This document shows, in pieces, positions 56,328 to 64,000 of a stretch of DNA of 64,000 bases. The notes beneath the pieces are model-generated. The model did no database searches. It saw only the letters and a program-made list of their open reading frames with translations, and was not told where the DNA came from. The stretch's first letter is position 1, and every line of letters starts with the position of its first letter. The DNA is from Nitrospirota bacterium (GTDB taxonomy: Bacteria; Nitrospirota; UBA9217): the NCBI GenBank assembly GCA_035623825.1, contig DASPSR010000011.1, positions 1,791-65,790 on the forward strand. Direction: 5' to 3'. A program made the position numbers and the translations under genes.

Positions 56328-59300
56328 ATGTACTCTAACCAGCAGGTCTGGAAGTCGGGAAGTTTCCTTATGGCCCTGACGGCATGCGGATCCAGGCTCG
56401 GGTTCCCGTTACTGCTCCTCTTCGCCCTGTCCATGGCCGCCGCCCGCGGCTCAGATGCGGCTGAGGCCATGTGCTCCCAATTCGGCGGTGTCGTCGACGG
56501 CAACAACCCCGCCACCTACGCAGCAATACAAAATGCCTCCACGTTCGGGATCGACATGGATTGCACGATCAAGAACTTCCCGTTGTCCGTGGGCGGCTTC
56601 CCGGTCAAGAACATCAACTTCCACTTCCCGAAGCAGCAATCATACCACATCGATTTCCTGAACGTCTACTACGGTGGCCATATGGCATGCGCCGACCCGA
56701 CCCACTCGACCTTCTGGATATACTGGGGACCAGGCAGCTTCGATAATATCTGCCACGAATGCCAGTCGCACTTTGTGCCCGTCGAGGCAGTGCAAAAGAA
56801 GGACCCCCCGAACCAGACCACCGCAACCATTGGAGCACCCTTCACCTATACGATCGTGGCGCCGCTGCTCGGCAATCTGGACTCATCGGGGTCCTTCCAC
56901 TATGTTAAGACCAGCGATGACGCCACCGTAACGAATGTGGTAATTACTGACGACCTCACGACGACAGGCGCCTCCCTCACCTACGTGACGAACACCGCCT
57001 ACATGGTGAACGCCGCTACCGGCGCAAGAACCCCGATAAACGGAGGCGCACCCCTCAAGCTCGGTGCGAGCGGCACCTGGCTCGCCAGCCACCCAGGGGT
57101 CCTGTCCGATTCCACCAAGCATTTAATATTCTCCTATGAGTATAATCCCGCCCTGGCGTCCATCCCTGCAGGGTACAACGTCGAAATAGACCTTACGGTC
57201 GTCCTCGACGACAGCCCGGCAAACAAGGCGCAGACGCAGTTTAAGAACACCGCAAACATGTGGTTCGGCAAGACGATCAAGGGGACGGTCATGACCGACC
57301 TCCAGGCCGAGCCCGGCACTACTCCGCCCATGACGATCGCCGAGCCCAATCTCGTTGTCACGAAGAAGAGCTCGGTTTCGAACCTCTCCGTGGGGTCCAA
57401 AGCGCCCTTCAGCATAAACGTCCAGAACGTGGGCGGATCAGACACGTGGAACGCGACGATCACCGACAACATCCCAGCCGGCATGTGCGCCTATGACCTA
57501 AGGCCCACGGTGACCGCAGAGGTCTATGCCGCTGACGGCGTCACACCGGTCTCGGGACCGCTCGTTCCCGGCACCGACTTTTTGGTCACCTGGAACGGCG
57601 GCACGCCGTCTGCCTGCCAGATGAGCCTTGCCATGCAGACACCGAAGGCCAAGATCGGGCCAACCCAGCGCCTGATTATAAACTACCAGGCTATGCTCGA
57701 TAGCGGGATCTCTTCCGGAACGTTTACCAACGTAGCAGGCGCCACCCGCTGGTTCAGCGCCGACAGTTCCTCGGCTGTCCACCGTGAATACGACAGGACG
57801 CTTACCAACGGCACGCCGGGGATCATTGATTTCCAGGATGCCTTTACCGTAACGGCCACCACTTCCAACTATTACTTACTTAAATCGGTCGAAGACTTGA
57901 CGACCGGGGCATACCCGCCCACCTCGGCCTTCCCGGGCGACAAGCTGAGGTATACGCTCGAACTCCAGAACTTCACAACCACCTCTCTTAACAGCGTCAA
58001 GGTCACCGACGATCTTGGCGCCTTGAACGGATTTTCCGCCTTCGTCCCGGGCTCGCTCTCCCTTGCTGGAACCAACCTTCCAGCGGGAACCTACACTGTA
58101 TGCCCCGCGTGCGGCACCAACGGGGCAGGCACTGTAACAATAAACAACCTTACGTTGGGCCCCAATGCACAGTACCAGATCCAGTTCGACGTTACCCTAG
58201 CAGGGAGCATCGCCAACGGCGCTATCGTCAGGAACCAGGCAGGCCTGGCCGGCACCGATTCTAACAACAAATCATGGTCCGGCGTCAGCGATGACCCGTA
58301 CGTGAACGGGCCGTCGCCCCTTAGCGGGACGGGCGATATCACCGCCGTCACGGTGCAGGTGCCAGGCGCACTGTCGAAAACCTCGCCGACACCTTCGACT
58401 GCGACCATCGGTCAGCAGTATAGCTACACGATCACGGTGCCGGCAGCCCCGGCCAAGGCCCCCCTGTACGACGTACGCATCCTTGACAGCCTCCCGCCCA
58501 ACGTGACCTTTGTCAGCGCCTCTGTGGTCTCCGGAGGAACCTGGAACGTCATCAATACAGGCACCGGTTCCAACCTCATCCTTCAGGACTCAGGTACTGG
58601 CATCGACATCCCCGCGGGCGGCCAAGCCGTCATCAGGGTAACCGTGGCCGTCATGAACACCGCTACGAACATAAACGGCGTTTCGTTCATAAACAGCGCG
58701 TCGTATACCCATAACAAACGCAAAGGATGCGGCGGTACGACTACAGTGACCGGCGGTTCGGGAAACAGCACGCCCATGACGGTCGTCGAGCCGCACCTCA
58801 CCATCACGAAAACGGTGAGCTACTTTTCGCCATCCGGCAAACTGGCCACCAGCCCGGCCGCTGCTGGCGACGTTCTTCAATACGCAGTCACTTTGACCAA
58901 TGACGGTACTTCAACCGCGTATGATTCGGACGTCATCGACACGCTGCCGGCGAACGTAGCGCTTGTTCCCGGTTCCGCAGCTGCACAGATCAACGGTTCC
59001 CCGGTAGTTGGTTTTATTTCGAATCCGGCGCTGCTCTCCGGCGGCTCGCTCGATTGGGGCAGCGCAAATGGCGACGGCAGCCTCACTATACCCGTGAACG
59101 GGAAGCTCGTATTGACGTTCCAGGCGAAGGTGCTGTCGGTTGACGGCACGCCGTTCGGCAACACCGCTTATACGGCATGGACATCGCTGTCAGGCAGTGC
59201 TTCCGGCGAGCGCACCGGCGCCGGCTGCCCGAACATCACTCAGCCCAACAACTATTGTTCCGGCCCTGCCACCGCCACCATCTCATCTCAGGATCCCACG

Positions 59301-62300
59301 ACCATTTTCAAATCAGTGGTCTCCGACACCTGGAACAGCGGGCTCAGCACCGCTACTGATTCAACGCTTCGCATAGGCGACACCGTCGTTTACAGTCTTT
59401 CATTGACCTTCCGTTCCGGGACGACCCAGAACGTTGTGGTCACCGATACTCTCCCCGCAGGACTCTCCTATGACAGCCTGGTGTCCATCACTCCAGCTTC
59501 GGGCGGGAGCCTCACTTACGCCGTTTCATCCCAGCCGTCTCAGGGTGCCACCGGGGCCTTGACCTGGAATCTCGGGAACGTCTCCAATGTATCAGGCGGC
59601 AGTGCTGCCAGCAACATCCTGACCATCCAGTACCGGGCAAAGGTAATCAAGAACACCCTTGCACAGACGCCTGTGAAACAGATTTTGACCAACAACGCTT
59701 CAGTGAGCTACGCGATTAACAGCATAGCCGCATCTCCTAAGACATCAAGCGCCTCTCTCAATATATGGCAGCCGATGCTCGGCGTGTCCAAGAGCGCCGC
59801 CCCTGCGGCCGGGGGCACCAGTGTCAGCGCAGGCGATCTCATCACCTATACCATATACATCGCGAACACCGGCGCGTCTCCGGCATATGATCCCGTGCTC
59901 ACCGACACGCTGCCCGCGGGACTCCGCCAGAACGGCGTTACCACCACCGGCGTTTCACTCGTCAATACCGCCACGAAAGCCGTGGTTTCAACACTTCCCG
60001 TTCCCGCGTCGCCGTACTTCTCTTATAACCCCGCCACCGGCGTCGCCTCCTGGAACTTCGACACGGGCGTTGCCAATGCCTACAGCATCCCGCCGGGCGA
60101 TACCCTTCAGGTGGTCTACCAGGTCAAGGCGGACAGCACCTTAGGGTCCGGAACTCCCCTGGTCAATAACACCCTTGTCCAGCATTACTACTCCCTGGAC
60201 AGCATCGATGTGCCGGCAAACAGCGTTGTCGCCGACAGGCAGGTTTACGGCCCGACCTCCGCAGCGACCGTCCAGCTGACCAGCGCCTCTGCGTCAGCGC
60301 TTTCTGCGCTTTCGAAGCAGGCCCTGGTGTCCACCGCTGCGCTCGGTCAGCCCTTCACCTACCGCATCACGGTCCCCGCTCAGCATTCGTCTACGGCGAT
60401 CTATAATGTTCAGGTCACAGACGATATGAGCCTTGCCGCGACCGGCGTGTCTCTTAACTACGTGGCCGCAACCGCTCGCCTTGCGTCAGGGACCAAGTCC
60501 TGGTCTTCTCTTACCAATTCAGGGACCTCAACGAATCTGGTACTGGCGGACACGGCAAGCGGCGGACTTTATGTTCCAGCCGGCGACCAGCTTATCATGG
60601 ATGTCACCGTGGTGCTGGCAAACGACACAACGAACAATACCATCGGGAAACAATTCACCAACACGGCGAACTACAAATACAACAAGGCAAGCGGCGATAA
60701 CACCACGGGTGCTGCTGGCGCCCCAGGATCGAGCTCCCCGGTCACCATCGTTGGCCCCAACTTGACCCTGACGAAGACCGGCCCAAGCACCATGGGCGCC
60801 GGTACGCCAGGCACCTTCACGCTTAATATTCAGAATGCCGGATCCTCCTCTGCATGGAATACGACCATAACAGACATCCTTCCCAACGTGACCGGGCCTG
60901 CTAAGGGCGGCATGTGCGGCCAGGCTCCGGCGAACATCACTGCCCGCATTTACCAGCCGGACGGCGTCACGCCAGTCTCTTCTCCTTTGGTAAGCGGCAC
61001 GGACTTCACCGCTTCCTTCACGGGCACGCCGGCCTGCACTCTGACGATCACTACGAAGTCGACGGCAGCCACGGCCATTGCGCCGGCAAACCGGCTGATA
61101 ATCACGTATCAAGCTTCTCTCGACCAGGGCACAGCAGGGGGTCTCGCCCTCACCAACATTGCGGGCGCGACGAGTTACCAGAGCGCCGACCCCTCGGCCA
61201 CGGGCGCATCGGGGAACGTGCATACCACCATGAACACCTTGACGAACGGTACGCCTGGAATACTGGACTTCCAGGACGCCTTCACGGTAAACACCCAGTC
61301 GACCGTCCTTACCTTCACCAAGACCGCATTCGATGTGACCACCGGCCAGTCAGGCGCCACCGCAAGGCCTGGCGATACACTCAAATATACGCTTACGGTC
61401 CAGAACACAGGCACTCTTGCCGCCTCCGGCCTATCGCTTACGGACGAGCTTGACAGGCTGAACCAGACCGCCATGTTCGTTCCCGGAACCCTGACACTCA
61501 CGGCAGTCCCTGTGGGCGCCATCGTTTCTCAGACAACCGGGACAAAGGGCACCGGCATGATAAGCATTGGAAACCTCAATATCGATGCCCAGGGAGGGGC
61601 CAACGACAAGCTGGTGGTCGAGTTTACGGCCAGGCTCCTGCCCGCAATCAACAGCGGCACAAAGGTCCTGAACCAGGGACAGATCGGCTCTTCTCTCTCA
61701 AGCAACGACCCGTCCCAGGGCGGTACCGCCAATCCGACACAAACGACCATCGTCTCGGCACCGGTCTTCCGTGTACAGAAGACGGTACAGGATCTGACAT
61801 CGGGCACCTCGACAGTCACTGCGGGGGACACCTTGAGGTACACCATCAAGGTGAACAACATCGGCTCGGAGAACGCCGTGGGCGTGACTCTCAGGGACCT
61901 CGTCCCGGCTAATACCTCCTATGTCGCGGGCTCCACGACCCTCAACGGAGCGGCAGTGGCGGACATCAGCGCAGGTGTCAGTCCTCTTCAGAACGGCATG
62001 CCGATCAATACCCGGTCAAACCTGACGCCGGGCGCCATGCCTGCGGATGCCACTGCCTCCGCCGCCAATACTGCAACCGTCACATTCGACGTCAAGATCA
62101 GCGTAAGCGTGGTGAACGGCACCATGATTTCCAACCAGGGCTTCGTGGACGGCTCCGGAGCGGGGAGCGGTCCGGCCCCCGAACAGCCTTCAGGCGACCC
62201 GAACAATCCTGTGCCGAACAGTCCGACCTCGGTCGTCGTGGGGAATCTGCCGCTCCTCACTGCGCAGAAGACCGTCAAGCTCTCCGTGGACAATAACGGG

Positions 62301-64000
62301 AACGGCCTCGTTGACCCGGGCGACGTTATCCGTTACACCATCACCCTGACGAACTCTGCCGCGACGCCTGCCTCCGGCGTCGTTCTTACCGATGTCGTCC
62401 CTGCCAACACGACCTACGTTTCGAACAGCACTACGTTAAACGGCAGTGCCGTAGCCGATGCCGGCGCAGGCGTGTCCCCCCTGGCCTCCGGCATGTCCGT
62501 CGTTTCCACCGGCCCTACGCAGAGTTCTTCGCCGTCCGGCGGCACCGTGGCCGCAAACAGCACCGGGACCATCACCTTTGACGTCCGGGTCAACGCCGGC
62601 GTAGCCCCAGGAACGATCATCTGTAACCAGGGCACAGTGGCAGCAACCGGTCTTACAAACCTTTTGACCGACTCCGACGGCAATCCTGCCAACGGCTACC
62701 AGTCGACCTGCATCACTGTCGGGAACGCCCAACAGCTTACCGTTACCAAGACATATGCCGTGGTGGGAGGAGGTGTGCCGCTTCCCGGAAGCATCGTCGA
62801 GTATACCGTCACCGCAACCAATATCGGCACGGTCCCGGCCACTGGCGTGGTGATCACGGATGATCTTTCCTCGATCCTGGCGCAAGCCTCCTATGTCGCC
62901 GGCTCTGCGGCCATGAACGGGTCGGCAAACGGCGTCAACTTCGCATCACCGGTGATCACAGCGAACTACGGCGTCACCTACGGTTCCCTGGCTCCTGGCG
63001 GAACAGTCGTACTCCGCTTCCGCGTCAAATTAAACACGACGGCTCCTACCGGCACCGCCGTCACCAATACCGCCCAGGCGGCCTGGAACACTCCGCAGCA
63101 GACGACGACGTCAAGCGTCACCCTCAGTTTCGGTTCACAGCCGGGAAGCTTCTCCGGCCGCGCATGGCAGGACTCCAACTTCAACAAAGCGTTCGACAGC
63201 GGGGAGCAGCCGTTCTCCGGGTGGGCGGCGGATATCTACAAGGACGGCCAGATAATAGGCACCGCATACACGGCTTCCGACGGAACGTACCAGATAAGCG
63301 GCCTCGCCCCCAATGCCGGTACTACGAGCACGTATGAGATCCGATTCCGCGCCCCAGGCGCCGGAGCCAACACGGCCATGCTGGGATGGGGCGATTCTCC
63401 GTTCACCAACGGCATGCAGCGGATATCGAACATCGTCCTTGCCTCGGGAGGAAGCCTTGCGAACCTGAACCTCCTGCTGACCCCCAACGGCGTAGTCTAC
63501 GATTCCATCGCACGGACGCCGATTATGGGCGCCGCGCTTACCATGCTTCAGGCATCTACCAAGTCGCCGCTTCCCGCAAGCTGTTTTAACGACCCGGCAG
63601 CGCAGGGCCAGGTAACGCTTCCAGGCGGGTTTTACAAGTTCGACCTGAACTTCAGCGACGCGTCCGCCTGCCCGTCAGGCGGCGATTATCTGATCCAGGT
63701 CATGCCTCCCGCATCAGGATACATTGCCGGCCTGTCGAAACTGATACCGCCGACGTCAAGCGCCTCGACCGCGACGTTCTCGGTCCCGACCTGCCCCGGC
63801 GGCCCGGCCGACGCAGTGCCTGCAACTTCTGCCTATTGCGAGGCTCAGGCTTCCGTCCTGCCTCCGGCAGCCTCGGTGCCCGCCGGACATGGCACTGCCT
63901 ATTACCTGCATCTTACGTTCGATAACGCGAGGCCGGGGGACAGCCAGATCTACAACAACCATATCGCCATCGATCCCGTGCAGAATAACGCGATCGCCAT
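56328..64000 (+). CDS. Giant secreted repeat adhesin (DUF11/conserved-repeat and SdrD-B/Cna-B-like modules), 3'-partial
   Basis: Frame 0 is open from ATG 56328 to the window end (at least 2557 codons). It is absent from the ORF track because no stop is reached. Signal-like N-terminus. Many (T/S)Y(T/R)I.V.N.G...A..V.(L/V)TD.LP modules. FSGRAWQDSNFNKAFDSGEQPFSGW..DGTYQISGL is SdrD-B-like. All track ORFs here lie in other frames or are antisense. Confidence 0.85.
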   Translation, partial: MYSNQQVWKSGSFLMALTACGSRLGFPLLLLFALSMAAARGSDAAEAMCSQFGGVVDGNNPATYAAIQNASTFGIDMDCTIKNFPLSVGGFPVKNINFHFPKQQSYHIDFLNVYYGGHMACADPTHSTFWIYWGPGSFDNICHECQSHFVPVEAVQKKDPPNQTTATIGAPFTYTIVAPLLGNLDSSGSFHYVKTSDDATVTNVVITDDLTTTGASLTYVTNTAYMVNAATGARTPINGGAPLKLGASGTWLASHPGVLSDSTKHLIFSYEYNPALASIPAGYNVEIDLTVVLDDSPANKAQTQFKNTANMWFGKTIKGTVMTDLQAEPGTTPPMTIAEPNLVVTKKSSVSNLSVGSKAPFSINVQNVGGSDTWNATITDNIPAGMCAYDLRPTVTAEVYAADGVTPVSGPLVPGTDFLVTWNGGTPSACQMSLAMQTPKAKIGPTQRLIINYQAMLDSGISSGTFTNVAGATRWFSADSSSAVHREYDRTLTNGTPGIIDFQDAFTVTATTSNYYLLKSVEDLTTGAYPPTSAFPGDKLRYTLELQNFTTTSLNSVKVTDDLGALNGFSAFVPGSLSLAGTNLPAGTYTVCPACGTNGAGTVTINNLTLGPNAQYQIQFDVTLAGSIANGAIVRNQAGLAGTDSNNKSWSGVSDDPYVNGPSPLSGTGDITAVTVQVPGALSKTSPTPSTATIGQQYSYTITVPAAPAKAPLYDVRILDSLPPNVTFVSASVVSGGTWNVINTGTGSNLILQDSGTGIDIPAGGQAVIRVTVAVMNTATNINGVSFINSASYTHNKRKGCGGTTTVTGGSGNSTPMTVVEPHLTITKTVSYFSPSGKLATSPAAAGDVLQYAVTLTNDGTSTAYDSDVIDTLPANVALVPGSAAAQINGSPVVGFISNPALLSGGSLDWGSANGDGSLTIPVNGKLVLTFQAKVLSVDGTPFGNTAYTAWTSLSGSASGERTGAGCPNITQPNNYCSGPATATISSQDPTTIFKSVVSDTWNSGLSTATDSTLRIGDTVVYSLSLTFRSGTTQNVVVTDTLPAGLSYDSLVSITPASGGSLTYAVSSQPSQGATGALTWNLGNVSNVSGGSAASNILTIQYRAKVIKNTLAQTPVKQILTNNASVSYAINSIAASPKTSSASLNIWQPMLGVSKSAAPAAGGTSVSAGDLITYTIYIANTGASPAYDPVLTDTLPAGLRQNGVTTTGVSLVNTATKAVVSTLPVPASPYFSYNPATGVASWNFDTGVANAYSIPPGDTLQVVYQVKADSTLGSGTPLVNNTLVQHYYSLDSIDVPANSVVADRQVYGPTSAATVQLTSASASALSALSKQALVSTAALGQPFTYRITVPAQHSSTAIYNVQVTDDMSLAATGVSLNYVAATARLASGTKSWSSLTNSGTSTNLVLADTASGGLYVPAGDQLIMDVTVVLANDTTNNTIGKQFTNTANYKYNKASGDNTTGAAGAPGSSSPVTIVGPNLTLTKTGPSTMGAGTPGTFTLNIQNAGSSSAWNTTITDILPNVTGPAKGGMCGQAPANITARIYQPDGVTPVSSPLVSGTDFTASFTGTPACTLTITTKSTAATAIAPANRLIITYQASLDQGTAGGLALTNIAGATSYQSADPSATGASGNVHTTMNTLTNGTPGILDFQDAFTVNTQSTVLTFTKTAFDVTTGQSGATARPGDTLKYTLTVQNTGTLAASGLSLTDELDRLNQTAMFVPGTLTLTAVPVGAIVSQTTGTKGTGMISIGNLNIDAQGGANDKLVVEFTARLLPAINSGTKVLNQGQIGSSLSSNDPSQGGTANPTQTTIVSAPVFRVQKTVQDLTSGTSTVTAGDTLRYTIKVNNIGSENAVGVTLRDLVPANTSYVAGSTTLNGAAVADISAGVSPLQNGMPINTRSNLTPGAMPADATASAANTATVTFDVKISVSVVNGTMISNQGFVDGSGAGSGPAPEQPSGDPNNPVPNSPTSVVVGNLPLLTAQKTVKLSVDNNGNGLVDPGDVIRYTITLTNSAATPASGVVLTDVVPANTTYVSNSTTLNGSAVADAGAGVSPLASGMSVVSTGPTQSSSPSGGTVAANSTGTITFDVRVNAGVAPGTIICNQGTVAATGLTNLLTDSDGNPANGYQSTCITVGNAQQLTVTKTYAVVGGGVPLPGSIVEYTVTATNIGTVPATGVVITDDLSSILAQASYVAGSAAMNGSANGVNFASPVITANYGVTYGSLAPGGTVVLRFRVKLNTTAPTGTAVTNTAQAAWNTPQQTTTSSVTLSFGSQPGSFSGRAWQDSNFNKAFDSGEQPFSGWAADIYKDGQIIGTAYTASDGTYQISGLAPNAGTTSTYEIRFRAPGAGANTAMLGWGDSPFTNGMQRISNIVLASGGSLANLNLLLTPNGVVYDSIARTPIMGAALTMLQASTKSPLPASCFNDPAAQGQVTLPGGFYKFDLNFSDASACPSGGDYLIQVMPPASGYIAGLSKLIPPTSSASTATFSVPTCPGGPADAVPATSAYCEAQASVLPPAASVPAGHGTAYYLHLTFDNARPGDSQIYNNHIAIDPVQNNAIA

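Noticed and set aside
56455-63962. About 35 track ORFs of 60-230 aa on both strands within the last 7.6 kb.
   Set aside because: All lie off-frame or antisense to one uninterrupted frame (56328 to the window end) with clear adhesin repeat motifs. Their Arg/Pro/Gly-rich translations are typical shadow ORFs.

Overview
64-kb chromosomal window with about 75 protein genes. No rRNA, tRNA, CRISPR array, transposase or prophage genes were recognised. The gene content (delta-60-repeat lipoprotein, GEMM-I riboswitches, apparent selenocysteine use, Dsr-like sulfur carriers) suggests an anaerobic deltaproteobacterium-like organism; this is inference only. All calls come from reading the sequence and the ORF track by eye. 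RNA motifs were assigned from remembered consensus, and coordinates of non-ORF features are good to a few nt.

Main points:

1. A fluoride-response locus at about 5.27-12.7 kb carries two near-identical fluoride (crcB-motif) riboswitches in series. The first heads a CPA2 antiporter, USP, crcB and tandem DUF190 operon. The second sits directly in front of a dynamin-like GTPase, a P-loop ATPase, a zinc-ribbon/HEAT protein and then enolase. This GTPase module is my best candidate for an undescribed system.

2. Two genes are only intact if an in-frame TGA is read as selenocysteine, and each has a SECIS-like hairpin 22-26 nt downstream. One is a class-I flavoprotein disulfide reductase (CxxxxU). 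The other is a DsrE/TusD-like sulfur carrier with Sec at the active-site Cys position, inside an ArsR/BigR-like, DsrE(Sec), DsrF, DsrH, SQR-like operon.

3. Three GEMM-I (c-di-GMP-I-like) riboswitches sit behind a shared promoter module. The module carries a TACCC-N6-TACCC direct repeat at fixed spacing from the -35/-10 positions.

4. Other features:
- a 4-copy intergenic hairpin element
- two secreted serine-protease inhibitors (serpin, ecotin)
- an AbiE-like toxin-antitoxin pair next to a GC-rich block
- two gene remnants
- a giant adhesin ORF of at least 2557 codons that runs off the right edge and is therefore absent from the ORF track
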